A DNA stretch of 64,000 nt from Isurus oxyrinchus. Its lineage: Eukaryota. The notes under the pieces were generated by a model, which was not told where the DNA came from, did not search any database, and worked only from the letters and a program-made list of their open reading frames with translations. The stretch lies in contig JANJGN010000151.1 of NCBI GenBank assembly GCA_026770705.1, forward strand, positions 1,116,001 through 1,180,000. Direction: 5' to 3'. The first letter of the stretch is position 1. Every line of letters begins with the position of its first letter. A program made the position numbers and the translations under genes. Shown one piece after another: positions 12,215 through 23,620 of this stretch.

Positions 12215-14660
12215 GAAGTCCCACAGAACCACAGTATCTGGGTGGAGATACCTCCTGGTGATTACCACCTATTGCCCTCCCTCAGCTGATGAATCTGTAC
12301 TCCTTCATCTTTAGCACTGCGTGGAAGAAACACTGAGGGTAGCAAGGGCAACGAATATGCTGTGAATTTGCAAAATCAATTACCATTTGACAAGACCAAG
12401 AATGCTGGAGCTGGATGAGTCCTGAATGACGTATCTGAAAGGATGGACCTGCCACAGATGGTTAGAGAGCCAACACGAGGGAAACCCTTACCTGATCTCT
12501 GGCCCACCACACTATTGATATAAATGTGATTGACCCCTGCACTGTCCTTGCGGAAACCCAGGCCGGTATTCACACTGAGCACATTCTCCATTGTGTTGTG
12601 TGGCACTGCTGCTGTGCTAAACGGGACACATTCAGAACAGATCTACCAGCTCAAAACTTAGCATCAACGAGATACTGTTGGTCATTTACAGCAGGATAGT
12701 TGCATTCAATCACACCCTGTAATCTCCTGGACCAGAATATCCCTCACTCAAACCTGAGTGTGCATATCCACAGGTTCCTAAAGGTAGCAGGGCATGTAGA
12801 TGAGGTGGTTAAGAAGGCATATGGGTTACTTGCCTTTATTATCTGAGGCATAAAACACAAGAGCAGGGAGGTTATGCTGGAACTTTATAAAACGTTGGTT
12901 TGGCCACAATTGGAGCACTACTGCAGTTCTGGTCACCACAGTTCTAGCAAGTATGTGACTGCACTGGAGAGAGTGCAGAGAAGATTTACAAAGATGCTGT
13001 CTGGGCTGGAGGATCTGAACTCTGAGGAAAGATTGGATAGGCTGGGCTGTTTTCCTTGTAGCAACGATGGTTGAGGGGCTGCTGAGGGGCATAGGTAGGG
13101 TGGATAGGAAGGCACCTTTTCCATTAGTAGAGAGGTCAAAAACCAGAGAGCATAGATTTTAGATAAGAGGTTCGAAGGCTAAGTGGGGAGTTGAGGAGAA
13201 TCTTTTTCACCCAGAGGGTGGTAGAAATTTGGAACTCACTGCCTGAAAGGGTGGTTGAGTCAGAAACTCTAGTAACATTTAAGAAGGATTTAAATGTTCA
13301 CTTAAGCTGCCATAGCATCCAGGGCTAGGGCCAAGTGCGGGAAAATGGGATTAGTGTAGTCAGATCTTTGTTTACTGGGGCAGAAACGATGGGCCGAATG
13401 GCCTCCATCTGTGCTGTAAACGTCTCTGAGTCTATGAGTCTAACATTCAGCCTGGGAATAATGAGGAATGTACGCCAGCAGGTCAGAAGCAAGACCAGGC
13501 ATACCTGAAAATGATGAACCATAGCGTGAAGATAGAATACTGTACGTAATGGACAACAGATTATGTCCGTCCCCTGACAGCTTAATCAGTCTACTCTCAA
13601 TCATCAGTAAAGTGACTGAAGGTGTCGCCGACCTGCTCACCAAAGCTCAGACTGAATCCACCAGGATCAGCTAGCGTCAAAGCTCATTGTAAACTTAGTC
13701 TGAACATGGACAAGAGAGCGAACTTCCAGACATAATGTATGAGTGCTTCAGTACTTGATGTCAAAGTAGCTGTTAATTGAGTGTGGCATCAGGAAGCCTT
13801 GGAAAGTGTCAGGTCAACGGGAATCAGGGGCAAGTCTCTCCACTGGCTGGAGTTTCACCTAGCGAATATGAAGATGTTGCGTTGTTGGAGACCGAACATC
13901 TCAGCACCAGGCCATCATTCCAGGAGTCTCACACAGAAGTGTCCTTGGTCCAACCATTTTCAGCAGCTTGATCAATGACCTTCCCTTCATCACTGGGTCA
14001 GGAGTGGTGATGTTCGCTCATAGTTGCAGTGTTCAGTTCCATTTATGACCTATCAGATAATGAAACCGTCCTTAATTATTGCATCTCGAACTGGACAAGT
14101 TTGTGCTGATAAGTTGCAAGTGATATCAGCAGCACACATGTGCCAGGCAATGACCAACTCCAACAATAAAGAAACCAAACATCTCTCCTTGACGTTCAAA
14201 AGGCATAACCGTCGCTGAAACCCACCATCAACGTTGTTCAGATGCCATTGAACAGAAACTGAACTGGACCAGCCATATAAATACTGTGGCTACAAGATTA
14301 GGTCAGAGGCTGGGAATTCTGTGTGAATGACTCACCTCCCGATTCCCTGAAGCCTTTCCACCATCTGCAAATCTGCAAGTCAGATGCCTGTTGGAATTTC
14401 TTTACTTTCCTTGATGAATGTAACTGCAGCAACACTCAAGAACATCACACCAACCAGAGGAAATCAGGGAGCCTTGATAAGCTCCTCATCCAGGAGTTAA
14501 ACATTCACTCCCTTCACCACTGATACACAGTGGCTGCAGAGTGTATCATCCACAAGATGCACTGCAGCAACTCTCCAAGGCGTCTTCAACAACACCTTCC
14601 ATACCTGTGACCTCTACCTCCCAGAATAACAAGGGCAGTAAGCACACGGGAACACAATGC
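12215..14660 (+). mobile_element. Decayed LINE (CR1/L2-type, second family) split by a nested CR1 at 12750-13440
   Basis: Endonuclease-like LLVITTYCPPSADES at the 5' end, RT remnants (gatgttcgctcatagttgcagtgttcag, an FADD relic), and a 3' region matching the minus-strand copy at 57760-58360. Confidence 0.65.
12750..13440 (+). mobile_element. CR1-clade LINE 3' fragment
   Basis: MLELYKTLVWPQLEH...ALERVQRRFTKML; ends in a tctatgag-type tail. Confidence 0.9.
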
Positions 14661-14919
14661 CCTGTATCCTCCTACACATACCACTCCATAGGTAGGAAAT
14701 TGGCATTTGGCACCGGAAAAGAAGGGATATCTGAAATCTAATTCTGCTGACTGCACTGAAAATGAATATCAAGTGCTGCATAGCATATACGGCTGATCTG
14801 ATACCGTCCTTTCAGGCTACTGCCAGATACTGATTTCTAGCCTAATGTCTTTATTTATCATATTATCTCTCCATCTCACAGAAACATGGAGTAATGCAGC
14901 CATAATTTAAACAGAGGCA

Positions 14920-15058
14920 CAGATAAAATCAAAATGCTGCAACTGCTGGAAATCTGAAATAAAGACAGAAAATGCTGGACAAACTCAGCAGGTTGGACAG
15001 CATCTGCGGAGAGAGAAACAGAGTTAAATGTTTCGAGTTCATATGACTCTTCTTCAGA
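14920..15058 (-). mobile_element. Penelope-type end with hammerhead-like core
   Basis: Terminal motif plus reverse-strand CTGAAGA-AGAGTCATATGAACTC-GAAAC. Confidence 0.7.
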
Positions 15059-15329
15059 AACATAGCCTAGTGTCATAGTTACAATGACCACTATAATGTA
15101 GACATAGTCAAGATTTAATATAACATAAACAGAGACAGGGCCTAGTGTAATATAAACAGAGAAAGAATCCAGTGCAATACAAACTGAGATGGATTCCAGT
15201 GGAACATTAATGAGATAGGGTCTATTTTAAGACAAACGGAGGCCTGATCCAGCACAATAGAAATAAAGTAGCCCCCAGGGAATTAATAATCAAACCAGGA
15301 TCCTGTATAACATGGGAGGGACAATCATG

Positions 15330-15860
15330 CAGTGGGAACGTCATTGGATCAGTAATCCAGAGATCCAGGCCTTTTCCCTGGGGATAGGGGTTTGAATCCC
15401 TTTATGGTAGCATGTGGAATCCAAATTCAATTAATAAATCTGGAATTGAAAGCTCATCTCAATAATGGTGACCATGAAACGATATTCGATTATATGAAAC
15501 ATCCACCTGGTTCACCGATGTCCTTTAGGGCAGGAAATCTGCCGTCCTTACCCAGTCTGACCTACGTTGGTTTTTTTGTTCGTTCATGAGAATGGGGGCG
15601 GCGCTGGCTAGGCCAGCATTTATTGCCCATCCTTAATTGCCTCCTTGAGAACAGTGCGGCTTGTTAGGCTGGGTTTTTACGACAATATTTTCATGGTCAT
15701 CATTAGATTTTTCCATTCAAATTTCACCATCTGCCGTGGTGGGATTCAAACCCAGACCCCCAGCGATTTACTAGCCCAGTGAGAATACCAGCACATCACC
15801 ACCTCCCATACATATAACTCCAGACCCACAGCTTTGTGGAGCCCCATTCTCCAGTTACTT
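15330..15860. mobile_element. Two nested SINE copies of the family seen at 19210 (plus copy interrupted by a minus copy at ~15570-15810)
   Basis: aattaataaatctggaattgaaagct...atggtgaccatgaaac...ggaaatctgccgtccttacc on +, and the reverse-complement tail ggccagcatttattgcccatccttaattgcc. Confidence 0.65.
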
Positions 15861-16779
15861 GTTTACTTGTCTACCACCATTTACGACTGGATGTGACAGG
15901 ACTGCAGAGGTAAATCCGATCGGTTTGAATTGGGAACTTCCAGACTGTGTGATATAAATATTGGTATTGACTGGTGCAGTATTATTTGAAACAGGGTACA
16001 TTGAAATATAAAGAGAGACAATGTTTGGTCTAACATAAAAATGGATGGAGTCCAATTGAAAAAGACAGAGACAGGGTCCAGTGCAGTATTATCTGAGACA
16101 ATGCCTGTTTCATAGAATGTGTCCATCAAGATTCCATCTCCATCCGCTAGCCAAACGTTGCAATTGCAGCTACTGTGAAAATGTCGCTGTCAGGTTAGGT
16201 CTTTGACATTATTGTATCAAGAATCCACTTCCCCAGGTGTCACACCACATCGCCTTCTGCAGGAGGTGCCAAAATTTAACAAAATTCAACTAATTGCAGA
16301 TGAACATGGTTGATTAGCGCACATTAAAGTCAGCACCAGAGTAAAGCGGCCCAATTCCTGGTGATGGATCTTTGTTCATCTTGATTAAAGGGAGGGATGT
16401 TGACCAGGGAGCTTTATAGAGACGGCGGGTGCTTTAATATCCACCTCAACAAACATAGTGTTGGGAAGAGTTTATAGGTTCATGATACCACCTGATAGAC
16501 AGTTAGGGTCATTTTCTTCAATGGTTAAGTCTTATGGAGCCTCCCAGGAAGTCAAGGTGGCATCTTAAGTTGGTCTGTGTGTGTGAGGGAGATTGGGAGG
16601 AAGAGAAAGAGTGAGAAGCACATCACATTGTTTGCAACTGAAATTCACGGTAATCCTGGACAACCTTCCATCTATGAAAGGTCACAGACACACAATGGAA
16701 ACAAACCCATTTCAGATGTGCTGATTGCTAAGGAGGCCAATTGTTGTGAGGCAGGCTCTGCCATAAGTGCTGCACATGA

Positions 16780-18190
16780 AGCTGCAAAGTGTCGTTGTGG
16801 CTTGTTTTTTTTTCTCGGTGTTGGCCTGGAGTGCCAAGCCGCTTTAGCCGCTGGTCATCGTGGTGATTCACGTCAACCCACAGGAGGTGTCGCCATTTTC
16901 CTCAGCTGTCAGTTAGTTTCACTCCTTTGTGATAATCGATATTTAGGGCCTTCACTTCAAGCAGCCTTGAAGCAGAGTTTTGGGCGTCCCACTGGTTGCC
17001 TGCCTCCAGCTCCCTCACCAAACAGAAAGTCCTTGTGTCTGTGACCATCTTCCATCTGCGAACGTTCCCAAGCCACAAAAATCACTTCTGTTTGATGAGT
17101 TCTTCAGTCTTGGGAGCTCTGCCTTTGAGAGTATCATTGCATTCGTGACTTTATCCAGCCAGTACATACCCATAATGTGCAGCAGGTATTGAAGATGGAA
17201 ATTGTGGAGTTTCTTTACTTGACAACTGTAAGTCACCCATGTTTCACAGCCATTCAACAAGGTGCTGAGAACATAGGCCTTATAAACCATCAGCTTGGTC
17301 CTAAGGGTCAGATTTAATGCTATTACATGGGCGTTTCATGAGTCAGGCAAAGGTGGCAGCTGCGGGTATCAAGTTCTTCATCAAGGAACAGGCTGCCTGT
17401 CACTGTGGAATCCAGGGAGCGGAATTTACTTCCATCCGGGTGTTATTTAGTGTGATCAATGATGGAAGTGCAACACCTTTTCCCATGACCACGGTTTTCT
17501 CCATGTTTATAGTCAGGGAGAACAACTTATAGGCATGGGAGAGTCAGTTCATCATTCTTTGTGGATGAGTTTCCGTTTTGTTGACAGAGTTATCAGTGTG
17601 GAGGAATTCTCTGATCAGAATTCAATGTGTTTATGTCTTCGCTTTCTGTCTTATAGATTGTGGAGCTTGCCGTCTGATCGAGTGTAAGTCGACTCCTTCC
17701 ATATTTACAAGGAAGACAAAGATCAGCTGCATGGAGAAGGTGCCCAACAGAGTGGGGGTTGGACACAAGCCTGCTTCACTCCATTCTTCACTCCGAATCT
17801 GTTGGAAGTGGAATCATCAATCTGTACAGTGCAGTGCATGTTGTCATGGAAGGAGTGGATGAGACTGGGGAGTTTTGGTGAACAGCCAATTTTCCCTAAA
17901 ATCTTCTACAGTGGTGCTCTGCTGACGGTGTCGAGCGTATGGAGCAAATCTTGTCCAGTGTATATCTTCTGAAACAAACATCACACTCTGCTTCAGCCTG
18001 CAATCAAATGAAGTATTTAAAGCATGACCCGAGCAACGGCCTTCTCAGTGACTCTGTGAGTGAGATATCTCTGTAATTGTTGCAGGCTAACTTGTCAGCT
18101 TTGTTTTCAGATAGTGTGGTGATTTTTGCATCATTAACCTCCTGTGGAAGGGATCTTATCTTTCAGCAGAGGAGAAGAAGGTCGTAAAGG
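16780..18190 (-). mobile_element. RTE-clade LINE remnant
   Basis: Minus ORF 17015-17290 VYKAYVLSTLLNGCETW...KLHNFHLQYLLHIMGMYWLDKVTN is typical of the RTE RT C-terminal region. Confidence 0.8.
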
Positions 18191-18194
18191 CTGA

Positions 18195-18460
18195 GAAAGA
18201 TAAATAATTATCAACACCAACCATTATCAATTCACTAAGGTAAATAATTATATTCAATAATTATCATCAATTCACAAAGATAAATAAGTATATTCACTCA
18301 GTGGCATCAATTCGCAAAGATAAATAGTGATATTCACCAACTATCAACAATTCACAAAGATAATAAATTATATTCACCAATTCCCATCAATTCACAAGAC
18401 AAATAATTATATTCAGAAATTATCACCCATTCACAAAGATTAACAATTGCATGAACCAAT
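18195..18460. repeat. ~38-bp AT-rich minisatellite (aaagataaataattatattcaccaattatcatcaattcac)
   Basis: About 7 visible tandem units. Confidence 0.85.
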
Positions 18461-19209
18461 CATTTTCAGCATTTTATTCCATACAAAATGTAATTGCGAT
18501 TCATTTCATTTCATTAACATTGATTGAGATCACATTGACCATTCTGTCAGTAAGGAATCACATCTGTCCCAAAATTCAGTGGGAAATGGAATTAAATCAG
18601 ACGGAGGATAATGAGCAGCTACCCAGCAGCCTCTGCGCTTTATTGACAGGTAATCACCTCATCATCACACAGAAACTCCTGATATATAACTGGAGTGTGT
18701 GAGGATTTGTAAAGTGGTGGTATAAATAAAACTACCTGGACCTGACTGTAAGTTAATGTGGCTCTCCAGTGAGTAATATATGTTACCTTCACTAATTTGG
18801 GTGAGGATATGTTGAATGTTTTGCTGCACATGCAAGGACCACATATTTCAAATATTACAATCCTCCATCGAAATCGAATTATGTACCCTCTGAAAGATGA
18901 TGATTCACCATCAGCAGGGAAGAATCATCGGTACCGCAGGGACATTTTCAGTCTTCTCTTGTGACGTTCAGCTCGTTAGCCTGGGGATGGAATACATCCA
19001 GAAAATCTGGAGGGACTGAAGGTATTAGACTTACACAACTGAAATACTGAACCTGCTTCAAGATATAAAGTCGTCATGCACCAAGATGGGAAGGTAGCAC
19101 AGAGTTTTTCATGTGCACCGATTGATACATCGGTCAACCCATTCATTGATTCCTTAATCAAAGTATTCAGGCATCCAACTACCATTCATCCCTCCATTAT
19201 TTGGCAGAC

Positions 19210-19570
19210 GGTTGTGTTGTATTAATGTCACTGGATAAGTTACAAAGACACGAATTCAAATCCCACCATGGCAGCTAGTGGAATTTAAATTCAATAATAC
19301 ATCTGGGATTGAAAGCTGGTCCAGTGAAGGAAGCCATGAAACTACCATTGATTGCAGAAAAAAACTCAGCTGATTCACTAATGTCCTTCAGGAAAGGAAA
19401 TCTGCCACTGTACCTAGTCTGGCCTACATGTGGCTCCAGATCCGCAGCAACATGATGGACTCTCACTGCCCTCTGAAATGGGCGAGCAAGGCACTCAGTT
19501 CAAAGGCAATTAGGGACAGGCAACAAATACTGGCCTTGCCAGTGACTCCCACATCCCGTGAAAGAGCAAA
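19210..19570 (+). mobile_element. SINE (tRNA-type head remnant, LINE-like 3' tail)
   Basis: ttcaaatcccaccatggcagct B-box-like head. Tail ggcaattagggacaggcaacaaatactggccttgccag is shared with the LINE at 57760. Further copies at 15330, 32950 and 37895. Confidence 0.7.
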
Positions 19571-21298
19571 GGGGCAAAAAGATCACACAAATGTATATGT
19601 TTGACTGTGACAAAATGTATCCTCTCTCTGAGTCCTCTCTGATAATCTGTCTGTAATTCTTTCCATCCATCCATCCATCAGAATATTATGAGGTGTTGGA
19701 GAGATCCTCCAATGAGCCATTGATGCCAACAGGGTGTCAGAGAAGCTGGATAACTTTTCTTCCCTGAGAGATGGAAACAGTTCACATAGGTTCACAACTT
19801 AAAAAATAAAACTGACTCCAGTGCTGTTGCTGGGTAGATTTGTTATAAATAGGTCTTGTTGACAGTGTTAAGGGTTTGAAGTTGGCTTGCAGCCAAGCGG
19901 TCAGTACTGAGGAAACAGATCTTTCATTTACTGCACAAACCCGCAGATGCTTCTTGTAAACAACATCGGACATTCGAGCCTCCCTGACTGCAGCTGGCTG
20001 GGTTGCTTCCAAATACTGTGTGGGGCAGATTAGCCTGGATATGAATGAACAAAATGGTTTTAGCCATTCAAACAATAAATGTTTCTGTCGCACACGAAAG
20101 GCACAGTTTAAATGGTATTTCATCTAAGGAAATATTTGAATGAATGCCATGTTCACTGTGAGATTAAACTCGATCAGAAAATATTAAATTCACCACATAT
20201 TACTTAATTTATATTATTTCTAAGTAAAGGGCATTCTAGTTATTAAAGCCGGTTCATTAAGAACTTCATGGAGTGTGAGAGAGGGATGTTGATGGTCCCA
20301 ATCCCCCAGTCTAATGAGCTGAGTAGAATGGCAAAAAAAAATTGAAAGGAATTAAATTAAAAGAAAATCATAGAATTGTCTTGAACCTGCAGGAATTCCT
20401 TGAATATTCTCCCAGTTGTGCACCTCATTTAGCCTGTGGGGTCCCTTATACCTCATTAGCACCGTAAATTGTATAGTTTATTTTGTGCTGATTTCGATTA
20501 TTTAACAGTCCCCCTCATAGCTGCCAATGAGTGGAGAAATGACCAGTTCATGACCCGCTTCAGTGGAAGATAAAACATTTATTCTTGTGATATTGTTTAA
20601 TATGCCGCTAAGTCCTGATATCCTGTGTTCCCAATACCAGTGAATGGTAGACAGCGGGAGGCCAATAAAACTAGCTGCAATGATTTGGATGCTGAAGGAT
20701 AACTTTTCTGATCTCCGTGTCTGTTCTCATTCATTAACTTCTTTGTCAAAAGTTGATGTAAAATTTACATTTGCCTGTAAACTTACTGTTGAATTATCAG
20801 GCAGGCGGGCTTCTTTTAACGCTAATTTTCACAGGGCTGTCTTTGGGTCAGGGACAGATCGAGAAATGCAAAGTGAGGCATTGTATAATGTGAGGAGACT
20901 CTTCTTATCTTCGGACACAAATTGTACAGCGATAGCCACCCTGGCTGTAAATAAAATCACTTTGTTCATCCACTGCATTTAGTTACATAAATCAATAATA
21001 ATTCCTAAGACTGATGACGCTTAATTATTGTAGTGAGATATAGACCCTTTATTCCCTGATAATGTAATATTTTGTTTAGGTTCAACCCCTTAGGAAGTAG
21101 TGTAGAAATAAACGGACTTAATTTACAATGGAATTAGATTTTTATTAATAGATACTCAACTGCAATTTCACCATTAGAACCAATGGATACATTACAATGA
21201 ATCCATTAAGCCAAGTATCCCAATACAGATAAAATTTCCATTTTTAGCAATAACCTATTGTAAATATCTGAGTCCATTCTGTTGGGGATGTGGAAGGT

Positions 21299-21381
21299 GG
21301 GGCGTGGATCCAGTCGCCGCCTCCACCAGGGAATCAACAGGCGGCGCCTGGGAACCCGCCCCCTTCTGCCGGGTATTTAAA
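21299..21381 (+). promoter_or_regulatory. VH promoter region: GC-box-like ggggcgtgg (21299-21307) and TATA-like tatttaaa (21374-21381); no octamer
   Basis: Motifs lie 80-170 bp upstream of the leader ATG. No ATGCAAAT was seen nearby, consistent with shark VH promoters. Confidence 0.55.
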
Positions 21382-21472
21382 TGCCGCTCACTGGGGCCGG
21401 AATCCAACAGTCCGGGAGTTGGTTTGTTCACTGAGTTCTGGACAGAACCATTTTCCCCAAATGACCAGAAGG

Positions 21473-21518
21473 ATGAGGTCGGCGATTTCTCTCAGTTTGT
21501 TGCTGACTTTCTTATCCC
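21473..21518 (+). CDS. IGHV: VH leader exon (MRSAISLSLLLTFLS; in-frame upstream ATG at 21461)
   Basis: Hydrophobic signal peptide ending at a phase-1 donor c|gtgagt at 21519. Confidence 0.93.
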
Positions 21519-21646
21519 GTGAGTAGTTTTGATTGTCCAAGTCTCTCACTGTTATTGTCTCAGTGTTAGTCTCTCACTGGAATGTTACAGAGTCAGAAAT
21601 CATTTCACCAGGATTAATCCTCGGGGTTTTTGATATATTTTTACAG

Positions 21647-21951
21647 GTGTCCTGTCGGAGGTTGTGTTGACTCAGCCAGAGGCAGAGACCGGGCGTCCCG
21701 GAGGCTCCCTGAGACTGACCTGTAAAACCAGCGGCTTCGATCTTGGCAGCTACTGCATGTACTGGGTCCGACAGGTTCCCGGACAGGGGCTGGAGTGGCT
21801 GCTTTACTACTATAGTTCATTGGACAACATCTATGCCCCAGCAATTAAGAATCGATTCACTGCGTCCAAAGACACTTCAAGGAATATCTTCTCCTTGGAC
21901 ATGACGAGCCTGAAGACTGAAGACACCGCCATCTATTACTGTGCAAAAGAC
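21647..21951 (+). CDS. IGHV: IgM heavy-chain variable segment (VH), open frame
   Basis: Acceptor ttacag|gt. Translates [51 protein letters not shown]...[11 protein letters not shown], with canonical Cys, Trp and YYC. Confidence 0.98.
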
Positions 21952-21990
21952 CACAGCGAGAGGGACCAGGGCTGGACCCGAACAAGAACA
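21952..21990 (+). other. V 23-RSS (cacagcg-23 nt-acaagaaca)
   Basis: Heptamer 21952-21958, spacer 21959-21981, nonamer 21982-21990. Confidence 0.95.
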
Positions 21991-22351
21991 GATCGAGAGA
22001 AACTTCCATCGTAACCTAACGGTCAGTACTTGTTTTAAATGTAATATTAACTGTAATGATCAGAACCCGACAACAAGTTGCTTCTGACAAAAGTAAAACA
22101 GCAAATTTAACAGTAAAACCTAACAAACCAATTGATATAATGGCTGAGCTTTTGGCTGTGCTTACATTTACTGTTAACAGTTTCCACAATTACAGAACTG
22201 GATATAATGTTCATTTTAATATGTCTGATACTTGGAGGGGATCACTGTTCATTGCGTTTTGTAAATTGCTGCATAAGTACTAAACTAGATCAGAAGTAAA
22301 CGTCCATTTGAAGTAAGTATTCAGAGGTAGCACTGAACAGAGAGTGGGTGC

Positions 22352-22434
22352 AGTTTTTGTGCGGGTGTATTTCACTGTGATACTACAGCAGTGGGTCACA
22401 GTGCTGTGCACAGCGACATCCTCACACAAAAACC
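22352..22434 (+). other. D1 diversity segment (atactacagcagtgggt, 22380-22396) with 5' 12-RSS and 3' 22-RSS
   Basis: agtttttgt-12-cactgtg | D | cacagtg-22-acaaaaacc. Confidence 0.96.
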
Positions 22435-22744
22435 TCAGAAGGAGTTTGTTCAAATTGGTGATCACGATCACAACAGGAAAAGTCAAAGAAAATGGGAGCT
22501 AAATAAAATAATGGGTATAAGTAATACTGGTTTGTAAAAATATATATAAGTCTTCCGCTTTGTTTGTGTTTACTGACACGCTAAATCTTCAGAGAGGCTT
22601 TTAAAGAACTTCAATCACATTTACAAATATAATGACCAGCACAAGCTGAAATATCTCATTGGTTTACTCTTAGGCGAGTCAGGATCAGGTTTTTGAGAGC
22701 GCAGTGAGATTAAATCTCTGTATTCACAGTTAACAGTCTGCCGC

Positions 22745-22772
22745 AGTATTTGACATGGTGTGTCTCACTGTG
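22745..22772 (-). other. 12-RSS in front of the J-containing segment
   Basis: Nonamer-like agtatttga (22745-22753), 12-nt spacer, cactgtg (22766-22772). No nonamer at 22/23 spacing. Confidence 0.85.
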
Positions 22773-22821
22773 TATATGCTGGACTACTGGGGGAAAGGGA
22801 CCATGGTGACGGTGACTGCCG
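22773..22821 (+). CDS. IGHJ: JH segment, probably a germline-joined D2-J (YMLDYWGKGTMVTVTA)
   Basis: WGxGT motif and donor g|gtaag at 22822. Preceded directly by a 12-RSS and short D-like tatatgctgga. Confidence 0.92.
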
Positions 22822-22909
22822 GTAAGAACCACACATTTATTTAGTAACTGTTTTATTTGAGTCTTTGCTTTTTTTGTCTATTTTAATAATTCATTCAGCC
22901 AATGAGACC

Positions 22910-23620
22910 TGGGTTTGGTGGATTCTGTATGCAGAATTTTTACAATGTTTCATGTGATTCTGCTGAAATTGAGTTATATAATTCCGCTGTGTCTTGATAA
23001 AAAGGTGCTGCTGAGGGATTGAGACCCTGGTTGTTGTGATTTGGTGTTTATCTGCTGAGGATACTCTGTGGCCAGGCTACTTGAAATATCTAACGTTTGT
23101 AAAAACAGTTTGACGTTTCTGCAATGTTTAATCTCGGTGACATCTAATCGCTGCGGGTTTTACCATCTGTTGCACAAAGGTGTTTTGCCATCTTTTGCAC
23201 AAATAGGTTTGAAATCAAACCCAATATTAACAACATATGCTTAAGTTTCAGTATTAATTTATTGAACATGTTCCGCCTACCCACAATGCTGTTGACATTA
23301 TTCCATATTTCTGTTTAGTTTAATTATTCCTTCATTTGGTGACGAGCGGGTTGTCTGGATTCCATATTGAGAGTTTCTTGCAATGATTACATTGGATTCT
23401 GTTGGAAATGTTTGTAGAATTGAGCTGCTTCTCCATGAAACGGGTTTCAGCCCCCCAGTGATGTGATTTGGTGTTTTTCTGCTGAGGAGATTGTGTATCT
23501 AGGTGACTTTGAATAAGTAGAATTTATGAAATCATTTGGCGGTTCTGCATTGTTTCTGCTTTGTTTAAACTCGGTGATATTGAGCGGTTACACGTTTTGC
23601 GATTGAATCGAAGTAGCCTC
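22910..23620. repeat. Diverged ~430-bp tandem duplication at the start of the J-C intron
   Basis: gtgatttggtgttt(a/t)tctgctgagga at 23036 and 23463; ggg...tggattc...caatg..ggattctg blocks at 22911 and 23348. Confidence 0.75.

Noticed and set aside
22688-22731. ggtttttga nonamer-like and cacagtt heptamer-like motifs as a hidden D2
   Set aside because: No heptamer at 12 or 22/23 nt from the nonamer, and no matching nonamer after cacagtt, so no D segment can be delimited.
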